Positions 8,692-19,071 of a stretch of 64,000 nt of DNA are shown one piece after another (position 1 is the first letter of the stretch; each line of letters starts with the position of its first letter). The notes below the pieces were generated by a model. It saw only the letters and a list, made by a program, of their open reading frames with translations, was not told the origin of the DNA and did no database searches. Source of the stretch: a virus. Lineage: Duplodnaviria; Caudoviricetes. Location of the stretch: the IMG/VR virus record IMGVR_UViG_3300049043_000067, positions 269-64,268 of that record; one strand, given 5' to 3'. The position numbers and the translations under genes were made by a program.

Positions 8692-8968
8692 ATGGTTAGA
8701 GACACTAACCAATCCCAGAGAAAAATGGCGGAAATCAGCCATTCCTCCTCCTTTTGACCCCACCCTCCCCCGACCCCCCCTTTTTTCAGTCGGGTCCCCC
8801 GCGATTCTCCTACATGCGACCAACCACAAACAAAACAATATTTCAAATCCACGCAATAAAATGCATCCCCATCACCTACCCCCACCCCCTCGATTTTCTG
8901 CCGTTTCCAGCGGGTCCCATCCGCGCAATTTCTGCCCCATACCCCATACAAATTTTGAGAAGCCCCTA

Positions 8969-8997
8969 TTGACACTCCATAAACAGCTTGTTAAGCA
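8969..8997 (+). promoter_or_regulatory. sigma70-type promoter
   Basis: TTGACA-17bp-TAAGCA upstream of the gene at 9039. Confidence 0.55.
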
Positions 8998-9038
8998 TCG
9001 GTTCTCGCAGCGTGTGCTGCGTGCTGATGGAGACTGAT

Positions 9039-9353
9039 ATGGAAACGAACAACCGCAGGACGGCGCAGGACGTCATCCGCGTCAATGAACTTCTCCGTGG
9101 GGCGCTGGTGCAGCGTCAGGACGGCCTCTACTCCTACATAAACGGCCTGAACGATATCATGATCGCCGAGTCCGCCGGGGTGCCCGCCTCGACCGTCCGC
9201 GGGATCCGCAAGAGCGTCTACGGTCGTGTGCGTGGCTGGGAACGCCGCAAGCGCACCACCACGGTCCCGCCCGTGACGGACTTCGGCAAGCGTCTCGACG
9301 AGATCGAGGCGAAGCTGGACGCGGCACTGTCCATCCTGAAAACACTGGTGTAG
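9039..9353 (+). CDS. small putative HTH DNA-binding protein
   Basis: DIMIAESAGVPASTVRGIRK helix-turn-helix-like segment plus C-terminal coiled coil; GGAGA RBS. Confidence 0.6.
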   Translation: METNNRRTAQDVIRVNELLRGALVQRQDGLYSYINGLNDIMIAESAGVPASTVRGIRKSVYGRVRGWERRKRTTTVPPVTDFGKRLDEIEAKLDAALSILKTLV

Positions 9354-9446
9354 CTGTGAATTGCTGCAAGTGCACCCGTCCGGCCTCACTACGGCTGGAC
9401 GGGTCAGTGTACTGCGGTGATCATTACCCCCTGTACGAGGACAGCA

Positions 9447-9668
9447 ATGCTAACAACGGAACAGGCCGCGGAGGCGTGGTCAACCCTCAGGCGAATGTAC
9501 GTGCAGGCGGACAACACGTCCGCCAGCAGCTACCGGCTGGTAGCGGAAAAGTACGGCGTTACACCTGAAGAATTACATGAAGCGATTGTGAAATACAAAA
9601 AAGAGAAGCACCGGGTGTACATGCGCGGATACATGCGCAGGCGTCGCGGTAGTCAGAAAGTGGGTTAG
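9447..9668 (+). CDS. small basic hypothetical protein
   Basis: GAGGA RBS; VAEKYGVT HTH-like segment. Confidence 0.5.
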   Translation: MLTTEQAAEAWSTLRRMYVQADNTSASSYRLVAEKYGVTPEELHEAIVKYKKEKHRVYMRGYMRRRRGSQKVG

Positions 9669-9670
9669 CA

Positions 9671-9946
9671 ATGATGCGGTGGGGTCAGATGATAGGAGCT
9701 AGCATTATGAGTTGTGATCTCGTTGAAATCCGTCTGAACAACGGTCTGGTGATCAGCCTGCACGACGACGGGCACGCGGGGTGGTTCCGCGACCGTAAGG
9801 TGACGGAGCGCGAAATGTGGGAGCGTATGGCCCACCTGATCCAGAACACGGACTTCGAGGCCGTAAAGAGCCTCTACGGTTCAGTGTCTTCTGAGCCGCC
9901 GGTCACGCTGCGTCGGCTGGAGCCGCGCAAGATCGAGAGCAAGTAA
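9671..9946 (+). CDS. hypothetical protein
   Basis: ORF whose stop overlaps the next start (TAATG); true start may be 9707. Confidence 0.5.
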   Translation: MMRWGQMIGASIMSCDLVEIRLNNGLVISLHDDGHAGWFRDRKVTEREMWERMAHLIQNTDFEAVKSLYGSVSSEPPVTLRRLEPRKIESK

Positions 9947-10416
9947 TGGGGAAGCCGAAGCCCCCGGGGGTTAAGTGGACTTCGGCACGCGACGGGTTTC
10001 TGATGAAGCTCGTCGCGGCGGGCCTGAACCGGGAAGTGATAGCTGCGAAGCTGTCCGCCCGGTTCGGGCAGCGTTTTACCAAAAACGCAGTCATCGGCAG
10101 GTCCAACCGGATCAAGGCGGCGGCGGAGAAGAAGCCCGGAGTTTATTACAGGATATCGGACGCGAAGCCTCGCGTCGCCGCGGTACCTAAACCAGACAGC
10201 GTCGGCAACCCCGGCGGCTGTCAGTATATGGCGGGAGAGCCAAATGAGAGACAGTTCTGTGGCAAGCAAACGGTCGCCGCGCTTCGTGGTGGGCCCAGCG
10301 CGTGGTGCGAGACGCACTACCGCGCTGTCTACCAGAAGATTGACGCCAAAAAAGCAGCGGCTGCTGGACATTATGACGGCATACGTCCGTTCAAAAGGCT
10401 ACCCGCCAACGTATAA
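9946..10416 (+). CDS. gcrA: GcrA-like cell-cycle regulator
   Basis: N-terminal WT....LM.L...G.....IA..L......TKNAVIGRSNRI and C-terminal CQY..G....QFCG......WCETH..AVY of the GcrA family. Confidence 0.85.
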   Translation: MGKPKPPGVKWTSARDGFLMKLVAAGLNREVIAAKLSARFGQRFTKNAVIGRSNRIKAAAEKKPGVYYRISDAKPRVAAVPKPDSVGNPGGCQYMAGEPNERQFCGKQTVAALRGGPSAWCETHYRAVYQKIDAKKAAAAGHYDGIRPFKRLPANV

Positions 10417-10537
10417 CGAGCTGTCCGAGATGACCGGGTACCCCGTGTCCACGGTGCACCGGTACTGCTCGTACATGACGCACATCGGCGTTCTCCGCAC
10501 GGAGGACACCGCTGGCCGTAAGTACTGGCCTGTCTGA
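10340..10537 (+). CDS. LexA-like winged-helix DNA-binding domain protein (no peptidase domain)
   Basis: LTPKKQRLLDIM..Y....GYPPTYNELSEMTG...STVHRY...M...G matches the LexA DNA-binding domain; TTG start assumed. Confidence 0.7.
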   Translation: MTPKKQRLLDIMTAYVRSKGYPPTYNELSEMTGYPVSTVHRYCSYMTHIGVLRTEDTAGRKYWPV

Positions 10538-10614
10538 CCACTATGATTAACGGGGTGGAAAAAATATCAATACGTGTTATCCTTCAGGATGGGTAATTTG
10601 TCGTCAGGATTTCA

Positions 10615-12144
10615 GTGGTCAGCAACCCGATCAGCCCTCACCGCCTGACCACCGCTATGCTATCGGCCCTGCCGATAGCCGAGCGGGAGCGGCTGCTTGA
10701 CCTGCTGAAACAGCTCGAAGACGCAAAGAACAGGGAGAAGGCGAGGACAGACTTCATCGCCTTCACCAAAACGATGTGGCCGGGGTTTATCGCCGGTAAG
10801 CACCACCGGATAATGGCTGACGCCTTCGAGAAGGTCGCCACCGGCAAGAGCAAGCGCATCATCATCAATATGGCTCCCCGACACACGAAGTCGGAGTTCG
10901 CCAGCTTCTTGCTGCCCGCGTGGTATCTGGGAATGTACCCGGACAGGAAGATCATTCAGGCCTCGCACACCGCCGAGCTTTCTGTGAATTTTGGCAGAAA
11001 GGTCAGGAACCTAAGTGGGATCTGATCAGTACCAGACCGTCTTCCCGAACACGCGCCTTCAGCCTGACAGTCAGGCCGCCGGGCGATGGGCGACAGATAT
11101 GGGCGGCGAGTACTTCGCCGTTGGTGTCGGCGGCGCGCTGGCCGGTAAGGGTGCGAACCTGCTGATCATCGACGACCCGCACACCGAGCAGGACGCCATC
11201 TCCGGGATGACGTCGTCTGATGTATACAACAAGGCCTACGAGTGGTTTACCACCGGCCCCCGACAGCGTTTGCAGCCCGGTGCCGCCGTCATCATCGTGA
11301 TGACGCGCTGGTCGAAGCTGGATCTGACTGGTCGATTGCTCGAAAAAGCATGAAAGACTCAGGCACGTCTGAGTGGGAAGTCATTGAATTACCTGCGATA
11401 TTGCCGTCTGGCGACCCGCTTTGGCCTGAGTTCTGGACGAAAGGCGAGCTTGAGGCGGTCAAGGCCGACATCCCGGTCAATCGCTGGAATGCCCAGTACA
11501 TGCAGCAGCCGACCTCCGAGGAAGGCGCGATCATCAAGCGTGAGTGGTGGAAGCTCTGGGACAAGCCCCGCCCGCCGAAGTGCGACAGCGTGATTGTGTC
11601 GTGGGACACGGCATTCGAGACCAAATCCCGCTCAGACTACTCAGCCTGCACGACGTGGGGCGTGTTTCAGGTCGAGGGCAAGAACGGGAAGATGCACCAG
11701 AACCTGATCCTGCTGGACGCCTTCCGGGAGAAGATGGAGTTCCCGGAGCTGAAAAAGGTGGCCAAAAGGCACTACGACTTCTGGAACCCCGACGCCCTGA
11801 TTGTCGAAGCGTCCGCCGCCGGTATCCCCCTCATACAGGAGATGCGTGCCTACGGCATCCCGGTCGAGGATCACCGCGTGAGCTGGGCGCGTGACAAGAA
11901 GGCCCGCGTCAACGCCATCAGCGACATGTTCCAGTCCGGCTTCGTCTGGTATCCGGACCAGCGCTGGGCGCATGAAGTGATTGAGGAGTGCGCCGAGTTT
12001 CCCAACGGCCAGCACGATGACTACGTCGATACGGTATCTCAGGCCCTGCTGCGCGCGCGCAAGGGCGGGCTGCTGCTGGCGTCCGACTATGAATTTGGTG
12101 ACGTGCCACTCGATGACATGTCCATCCCGTTAAACCCATATTGA
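10615..12144 (+). CDS. terL: terminase large subunit (two frameshifts)
   Basis: INMAPRHTKSE Walker A, LLIIDDP Walker B, VMTRW, SWDTAF nuclease Asp and HDDYVD across ORFs 10615, 11015 and 11242. Confidence 0.95.
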
Positions 12145-12151
12145 GGCCATC

Positions 12152-14562
12152 ATGCCCATAACAAAGATCATGACCCCGTCCGGCTCGACGCCGATCAACC
12201 CCACCGAACAGGACGTCGAGATCCCCGATCTTCCGCCTGAACTCTCGGAAATGACCGAGATGGAAGACGGCTCATACATGTTCTCGGAGCCTGAGGACGA
12301 GTCGGCTGTTCCTGAAAGTTTTGACCAGAACCTTGCTGATGTCGTGGAAATCGACGAGCTGATGGCACTCGGGTCAGACCTGATCCAGAAGTTTGAGTCC
12401 GACAAGCGCTCGCGCGACCCGTGGGAGAAGACCTACAAGGACGGCCTTGATCTACTGGGGCTGAAGGTCGAGGCCAGAACGTCGCCGTGGGCCGGTGCGT
12501 CCGGCGTATTTCACCCCGTGCTGGCGGAGGCCGCCATCAGGTTTGAGGCTCAGGCGATGCTTGAGCTTTGCCCGGCGTCCGGACCGGCTGACGTCTCCAC
12601 CTACGGCCGGGAAGACGGCGAGCGCGTCAAGCGCGCCCTGCGCGTGAAGCAGGAGCTGAACTACCAGACGATGAACAAGATGCACGAGTTCCGCGCGGAG
12701 CACGAGCAGATGCTGTTCAACCTCGGACCGGCCGGTTCTGCCTTCAAGAAGGTGTACCGGGACCCGATCACCGGTCGTCCCTGCAGCATTTTCGTTCCGG
12801 CCGAGGACTTTGTCATTGCCTACGGCGCGTCTGACCTCATGACCGCGCCGCGCTACTGTCACGTCATTCGCCAACATGCCAATGAAATCAAGAAGTTACA
12901 GGCTGTCGGCTTCTACCGTAAGTGCAACCTGCCAACGCCGACCCCGAGTACAGCGAAATCGGGAACAAGCGTGACAAATTGCAGGGCGTCCAATCGCAGG
13001 TGGAGTACGACGACCGGCACACCATCCTTGAGTTTCACGTTGACTGCGACATCCCCGGCTTCGAGATGGAGTTTGCGGTACCGTACGTGATCACGGTCGA
13101 GAAGCAGTCCGGCGAGGTGCTATCAATCCGCAGGAACTGGCTCGAAGGCGACCCGCTGATGGAAAAGCGGATGCACTTCGTGCACTACCTGTACTTGCCG
13201 GGATTGGGTTTCTACGGCACCGGGCAGATCCACATTCTCGGCGGCCTCGCGCGCGCGTCAACCTCGATTTTGCGCCAACTTATCGACGCCGGAACCCTGT
13301 CGGTGTTGCCTATGGGATACAAGGCCCGGGGCTTCCGCGTGAAGCAAAACGACCAGCCGCTGCGCCCGGGCGAGTTCCGCGACTCAGACGCCCGCGGGCG
13401 TGCTGCGGGACAATATCTTCGTGATGCCTGCAAAGGATCCGTCGCCAGTGATGGCCCAGATCCTCCAGAACCTCGTCGAGGAGGCCCGCAAGGTGGGCTC
13501 CATCGCCGAGATGGATGTCTCCGGCATGTCGCAGCAGGCCCCGGTTGGCACGACGCTGGCGCTTCTGGAGAGAAATCTCAAGGTTATGTCCGGGGTTCAG
13601 GCCAGACTTCACGCGTCGATGCAGAAGGAACTCAGGCTGATCGCCGACATCATCGGCAGCACCGAAGGAAACTACGAATACGACGAGCAGCCCTACAACC
13701 GGTCCGAGGATTTCGCCGCCGTAGGCAAGGACATCATCCCGGTATCTGATCCGAACGCGTCGATGATGGCGCAGCGCGTGGTCCAGTATCAGGCGGGTAT
13801 GGAACTCGCCTACAAGTCGCCGGACCTGTACAACATGCCTCTCTTCCACCAGCAGATGCTGGGGTGCTGGGCATCAAGGAAGCCGACAAGATCGTCAAGC
13901 TGCCGGAAGACGCCCAGCCGATGGATCCTGTTTCGGAAAATATGGCTATTCTCAATGGCTTACCTGCCAAAGCATTCATCCATCAGGACCATCAGGCTCA
14001 CCTGCAGGTCCATATGGCGATGGTTCAGGACCCGTCCATCCTAGAGAAGGTTGGCCAGTCTCCGGCCGCAGGCAAGATACAGGGTGCGATGTCGGCTCAT
14101 ATTGCCGAGCATCTGGCCTTTGCCTACCGGTCGCAGATCGAGCAGAAGCTCGGCATCCAGTTGCCGCCTCCGGGCGAGCCGCTGCCGCCTGAGGTCGAGG
14201 GCCAGCTTGCGAAGCTGGTGGCCGAGGCCGCGCAGATGGTATTGGCTGAAAATCAGGGCGCAGCCGCCCAGAAGAAGGCCGAGGAGACTGTCAAGGACCC
14301 GATCTTCCAGCTCCAGAAGGAGAAGAACGAGAACCAGCGGCTGGAGGTCATGCGCAAGATGCAGAAGGACAAGGCCGAGCAGGTTATGGGCCTCGTGAAA
14401 ATTATCGCAGATAATGATCAGGAGGTTGCCCGTCTGGCCGTCGAGATGTACAAGGCTAATCAGGGTGTTGACGTCAAACAGGCGACCAACGCCGCCAACG
14501 CAGGCATGAAGCTGGTCGATATTATCGCCCGCTCTCAGACGAAACCGGGTGAACCGCAATGA
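12152..14562 (+). CDS. portal protein (three frameshifts)
   Basis: Follows TerL; PWAGASGVFHPVLAEA, GSAFKKVY, GLGFYG..LIDAGTL, VGTTLALLE and PVSDPN motifs of this portal family. Confidence 0.9.
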
Positions 14563-14771
14563 TGATGACGCCGTTTGAGGCTATACGGTCGAAACTCCGC
14601 GACGAGTTGAACCGCATAACCGACTCGACAATCAACGGATCCTGCGCCGATTTTGCCGCCTACCGGTTTGACTGCGGCACCGCCTACGGTCTGGTGATGG
14701 CCGAGGCAATCGTGAAAGAAATCGAAGCCGCCCTCTTCCGCGATGACCGCGAGGAGGATAGGATTGACTGA
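14559..14771 (+). CDS. small conserved head-module protein
   Basis: G...DFAAYR..CG...GL motif; located between portal and groES. Confidence 0.7.
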   Translation: MMMTPFEAIRSKLRDELNRITDSTINGSCADFAAYRFDCGTAYGLVMAEAIVKEIEAALFRDDREEDRID

Positions 14772-14884
14772 TCTAAGGGCGCTCGCGCTTCGCGCACGCA
14801 CTCTCCCCTCCTCCTCCGCGAGCCCCTAACTCGCGAGTGTGGCCCGGGCAAACCCGGGGAGCGCCCGCCAAACTCTGTTAGATC
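14770..14884 (+). ncRNA. candidate four-way-junction RNA with a single-stranded CU-rich (anti-SD) bulge
   Basis: GAUCUAA/UUAGAUC, GGGCGCUC/GAGCGCCC, GCGC/GCGC, CGCACU/AGUGUG plus CGCGAG/CUCGCG, CCCGGG/CCCGGG; bulge CUCCCCUCCUCCUC at 14803-14816. Confidence 0.6.
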
Positions 14885-14892
14885 TTTCTCCT

Positions 14893-14922
14893 ATTGACCA
14901 TAGTCAATGGTTAGTGCATAGT
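14893..14922 (+). promoter_or_regulatory. promoter with an overlapping palindrome upstream of groES
   Basis: TTGACC-17bp-CATAGT; palindrome ATTGAC-cata-GTCAAT covers the -35. Confidence 0.5.
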
Positions 14923-14928
14923 AACATC

Positions 14929-14955
14929 GCGGTACTGTCGCCGCTCAAATGACAG
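14929..14955 (+). promoter_or_regulatory. H-type RNA pseudoknot at the predicted 5' end of the groES transcript
   Basis: S1 GCGGU/GCCGC, L1 = A, S2 CUGUC/GACAG, no L2, L3 UCAAAU. Confidence 0.55.
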
Positions 14956-15031
14956 CTTCCTGCAACCTCCGCGCCGCTCGGCCGGGGGATTTTTTGTGCT
15001 CAATCCACCACTCACAAGGTGCCAAAAATAA

Positions 15032-15436
15032 ATGAACGTCACGAATCTGGCTGATGCCAGCGTCGAGGCGAAGGCGTCTGCACAGACCCTTCCCCTGCCT
15101 ACGGGTTATCACATCCTGATCGCCCTTCTAGAAGCCAAAGAAAAGACTGCCGGTGGCATTCTGCTTCCAGAGGAACACGTCTACCGGGAACAGACAGCCT
15201 CCATCGTGGGGTATGTGGTTCGCGTCGGTCCTGATGCCTACGTCGATCCGCGGAAATTCCCGAACGGCCCGTGGTGCAAGCAGGGCGATTTCATCCTGTT
15301 CAACCCGTACTCGGGAAGCCGGGTAAAGGTTCACGGAAAAGAGTTCCGCCTGATCAACGACGACACGGTACTGGCCGTGATTGAAGATCCGCGGGGGTCG
15401 AGCGCGCATGAGCACGTTCAAGAACCCCGAAAATGA
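15032..15436 (+). CDS. groES: GroES-like co-chaperonin
   Basis: PTGYHILI...EKTAGGILLP...VVRVGPDAY...GDFILF..YSG.......EFRLINDD; the true stop is probably near 15411 (frameshift). Confidence 0.9.
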   Translation: MNVTNLADASVEAKASAQTLPLPTGYHILIALLEAKEKTAGGILLPEEHVYREQTASIVGYVVRVGPDAYVDPRKFPNGPWCKQGDFILFNPYSGSRVKVHGKEFRLINDDTVLAVIEDPRGSSAHEHVQEPRK

Positions 15437-16370
15437 GGCCATCGAGGCCGAGGTCAACACCGACAGCGATGCCCTAGCGGGCAACAATATCGTCGTTGAT
15501 ATCGTCGATGACACGCCTGACAGTGACAAGAATAGAGCCCGCCGACCGGACAATGTCGATCCTGACATCCCGGAAGACGACGAAATTCAACAGTACAGCA
15601 AGGACGTCCAGAAGCGCCTGAACAAGCTCAAGTGGGAGTTCCACGAGGAGCGCAGGCGCAAGGAAGAGGCTCTCCGACAGACCGAGGAGGCCGCGCGCTT
15701 TGCCAAAGCTATGTACGACCAGAACCAGCGCCTTCAAAGCACGGTTCGCGGTGGCGAGCGGGTTCTAATTGATCAAGCCAAAGGTCGCGTTGATGCCGAG
15801 CTTGCTCAGGCAAAGGCGGACTACAAGGCGGCCTATGAAGCCGGAGACACCGAGTCCCTGATCCGGGCGCAGGAGAAGATCTCCGAGCTTAAAATTCAAG
15901 CCGACCGCGTTGCCAATTACCAGCCTACTCAGTTTGAGGAGCCTCCTGCCATCAGGATGCAGGCTCCCCAGCAGCCGACGCCGCAGCCTGATCCTCTATT
16001 CTCGGACTGGCGAACGCGCAACGACCGCTGGTTTGGCAAGGACGATGAGATGACGTCGTTCGCGCTCGGCGTTCACAAAAAGCTCGTCGAGAGCGGGACT
16101 GATCCGCGCTCGAAGGAGTATTACAACAAGATTGACTCTCGCATGCGCGAGGTGTTTCCAAACTTCTTCTCGGCAGAAAGGGCGAGTGGCAGCCCCGCAC
16201 GACCGAGGGGAGCGGGTAACGTGGTAGCCCCCGCCGTGAGGACCAGTGGTTCGTCCGGCGGAAATTCACCGCGCTCAGTGCAAATAACCGCCTCACAAGC
16301 TCAGCTTGCTCGCAGACTCGGCCTCACTCCGGAACAGTACGCGGCTCAAGTCTTTAAGGAGAACCAGTAA
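15408..16370 (+). CDS. putative capsid scaffolding protein
   Basis: Acidic N-terminus, long coiled coil, C-terminal LARRLGLTPEQYA; lies upstream of the capsid genes. Confidence 0.65.
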   Translation: MSTFKNPENEAIEAEVNTDSDALAGNNIVVDIVDDTPDSDKNRARRPDNVDPDIPEDDEIQQYSKDVQKRLNKLKWEFHEERRRKEEALRQTEEAARFAKAMYDQNQRLQSTVRGGERVLIDQAKGRVDAELAQAKADYKAAYEAGDTESLIRAQEKISELKIQADRVANYQPTQFEEPPAIRMQAPQQPTPQPDPLFSDWRTRNDRWFGKDDEMTSFALGVHKKLVESGTDPRSKEYYNKIDSRMREVFPNFFSAERASGSPARPRGAGNVVAPAVRTSGSSGGNSPRSVQITASQAQLARRLGLTPEQYAAQVFKENQ

Positions 16371-16876
16371 TGACCGGACGTGAACACGATAACCACGACA
16401 TCGACGATAACGGCGATGATCGCACCCCACGTCAAGGCGAGACCCGCCAGTTTGACGAACGGCAGATGGACTGGCAACAGCCGGGACTTTTGCCGGTACC
16501 TGACAAGCAGCCCGGATGGGTGTTCAGGTGGATCCGTATCTCGACGCAAGGCGAGGGCGACCCGACGAATGCCTCACTCAGGCTACGCGAAGGATGGGTT
16601 CCGGTAAGGGCGAAAGAACACCCCGAGCTACAGTACCTCTCCACATCGGACCAGAAGTCCCGGTGGAAGGACAACGTAGAGATCGGTGGTCTTGTCCTGT
16701 GCAAGATGCCTGAGCGCATGAGCAAGCAGCGTGCTGCCGCTATGCGCGATATGGCGAACCAGCAGATGTCAGCCGTAGATAACACCCTGATGAAAGAGAA
16801 CGACCCGCGCATGCCTCTTCTCGCGCCCGTGAAGAAGACAAGCACGTCGTTCGGCAACGGGCGAAAGCCCTCATAA
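16370..16876 (+). CDS. conserved head-module protein
   Basis: PGWVFRWIR...REGW.PV...IGGLVLCKMP motif; translationally coupled. Confidence 0.7.
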   Translation: MTGREHDNHDIDDNGDDRTPRQGETRQFDERQMDWQQPGLLPVPDKQPGWVFRWIRISTQGEGDPTNASLRLREGWVPVRAKEHPELQYLSTSDQKSRWKDNVEIGGLVLCKMPERMSKQRAAAMRDMANQQMSAVDNTLMKENDPRMPLLAPVKKTSTSFGNGRKPS

Positions 16877-16892
16877 ACAAAGGAGTTAGCCA

Positions 16893-17463
16893 ATGGCTGC
16901 TGTAGCTGCGCCGTACGGGTTCCGTCCCGTCGGTACGGTAAGCGGGGCTTACGCTGGTAAGGTCCGCCTCTTCAAAATGACGAACTCGTACTCCGCGACA
17001 CTTTTCTACGGTGATCCCTGCACGCTGACTGCGTCAGGCACCGTTGAGCGTCTTGCGGCGACAAACGCTGGCCCCGTGCTCGGCGTCTTTCTGGGTTGCA
17101 CGTACACTGACCCGAAACTCGGGCCAGAAGACGTGGAACAAGGTTTGGCGCGCGTCGATCACCGCAACCGACAACTACGCTTACGTGTGCGATGACCCTG
17201 ACCAGATCTTTGCCGTTCAGTCCGCCGTGACTGTGGCTCAGGCGGATCAGGGCCTGAACGCAGGCCTTAGCGCTGTCTCTTCGGGCAGCACGGTAACGGG
17301 CATGTCGAATGTTGCCATTACCGGCACCGGCACGACGACGACCCTTCCGTTCCGCATTGTCGGTTTCCAGTCCAACATCGGGCAGGCCATCGGCGACGCG
17401 AAGACGGACGTTCTCGTCATGATCAACGCACACCTCTACCGCGCTGCGGTTGTCGGCGTCTAA
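16893..17463 (+). CDS. putative head decoration/minor capsid protein (one frameshift)
   Basis: APYGFRPV...LFYGD...GVFLGC.Y continuing as YVCDDPDQIF.VQ; directly before the MCP. Confidence 0.65.
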
Positions 17464-17477
17464 GGGAGATCTAACCA

Positions 17478-18396
17478 ATGGTAACGACGACAAGAGCACA
17501 ACTCCTGAAGGAGTTGGTCCCGGGCCTGAACGCACTGTTCGGTCTGGAAATGAAGCGGTATCCCGACGAGCATGCCGAGATCTACGACGTCGAAACGTCC
17601 GAACGGGCGTTCGAGGAAGAGGTCAAGCTGGCTGGCTTTGGCGCTGCCCCGACGAAGGACGAAGGGGACATGATCTCCTGACGACACCGGTCAGGAAGCG
17701 TGGACGGCCCGCTATACGCACGAGACCATCGCGCTGGGCTTTTCGATCACCGAAGAGGCAATCGAAGACCAGCTCTACGACAGTCTCGCGGCCCGCTACA
17801 CGAAGGCCCTCGCTCGCGCGCTGGCCTACACGAAGCAGGTCAAGGCTGCGTTCCCGCTGAACAACGGCTTCACCGGCGGCACCTTTATTGGTGGCGACGG
17901 CGTGACGCTGTTCAACAACGCGCACCCACTGATCTCGGGCGGCACGAACTCGAACGTCCCTCCCACGGCGGTCGATCTGAATGAAACGTCGCTCGAAGCG
18001 GCTATCATCCAGATGTCGCTCTGGACGGACGAGCGCGGCCTGCTCATCGCGGCAAAGCCGGTCAAGCTGATCATCCCGCCCGCCCTCATGTTTGTGGCGA
18101 AGCGCCTGCTCGGTTCTGACCTGCGCGTCGGCACCTCTGACAACGACCTCAACGCCATCAAGACGCTGGGTGCCGTTCCTCAGGGTTACACCGTGAACCA
18201 CTGGCTCACGGACCCGAACGCGTGGTTCTGCAAGACCGACGTGCCGAATGGCATGAAGATGTTCCAGCGCGCCGCGCTGAAGACGTCGATGGACGGCGAC
18301 TTCAACACCGGCAACGTGCGGTACAAGGCTCGCGAGCGTTACTCGTTCGGCGTGTCTGACCCGCTCGGCATGTGGGGCTCTTCGGGCTCAAGCTAA
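17478..18396 (+). CDS. major capsid protein (frameshift near 17678)
   Basis: RAQLLKELVPGLNALFG, SERAFEEE, HETIALGFSITEEAIED, GGDGVTLF...HP, GDFNTGNVRYKARERYSFG. Confidence 0.9.
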
Positions 18397-18399
18397 AGT

Positions 18400-19068
18400 A
18401 TGGGGCGGCGGATTAAACCCCGCCGCCCCTGCTCCGTTGATGGGTGTGAAAAACCACGCATCAAGAATGGTTACTGCAACGCGCACAACATCAGGTTCAA
18501 GCGGTATGGGAGCCCAACCGCCCCCAGACTCAGAGCCGAGAATTGCAGCACTAAAGAGGAAAGCATCGCTCGCAAAAAAGATGCGAAGCGACGGCACTAC
18601 CTCAAAAACAAGCAGCGCTATCTGGAAAGATGCAGGAACTGGCGTCAGGCCAACCCTGAAATTGTCAAGGCCCAGAGAAAGTCGCACGCCAGCCGCGAAG
18701 AGTCTGTCCTGCGCGCACGCGAAGCACGCCGAGCGTGGCGCGAAAGAAATCTAGAGCGCGAGCGCGAGCGGAACGCCGCATACAAGCGGGCGAACAAAGA
18801 CAAGTCGAGAGCCAACCGGGCCAACTACAGGGCGTCCGTCCTGCAGGCCAGCCCGCCGTGGCTCACCAAAGAACACAAGCGCGAGATTGCGCAGGTCTAC
18901 AAGGAGTCAGTCAGGCTGTCATCCGAGACCGGCGAGCAGTATCACGTCGATCACATCGTACCGCTGCGCGGAAAGACCGTGTGCGGCCTGCACGTGCCGT
19001 GGAACCTGCGGGCAATAACTGCCTCAGAAAACCAACGCAGACCCCGCGTGTGGCGGGATGAGGAATAG
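18400..19068 (+). CDS. HNH endonuclease
   Basis: N-terminal CSVDGC..GYCNAH zinc motif; C-terminal [18 protein letters not shown]......N. Confidence 0.9.
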   Translation: MGRRIKPRRPCSVDGCEKPRIKNGYCNAHNIRFKRYGSPTAPRLRAENCSTKEESIARKKDAKRRHYLKNKQRYLERCRNWRQANPEIVKAQRKSHASREESVLRAREARRAWRERNLERERERNAAYKRANKDKSRANRANYRASVLQASPPWLTKEHKREIAQVYKESVRLSSETGEQYHVDHIVPLRGKTVCGLHVPWNLRAITASENQRRPRVWRDEE

Positions 19069-19071
19069 GGT

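Noticed and set aside
10348-10354. A-AAA-AAG slippery heptamer in the gcrA/LexA-like overlap
   Set aside because: The heptamer is in the LexA-like frame, so a -1 shift would not fuse GcrA to it, and the LexA-like motif begins upstream of the site
14770-14884. tRNA gene, given the cloverleaf-like fold
   Set aside because: No T-loop GTTCGA, D-loop GG or 7-nt anticodon arm geometry; no tRNA was recognised anywhere in the window
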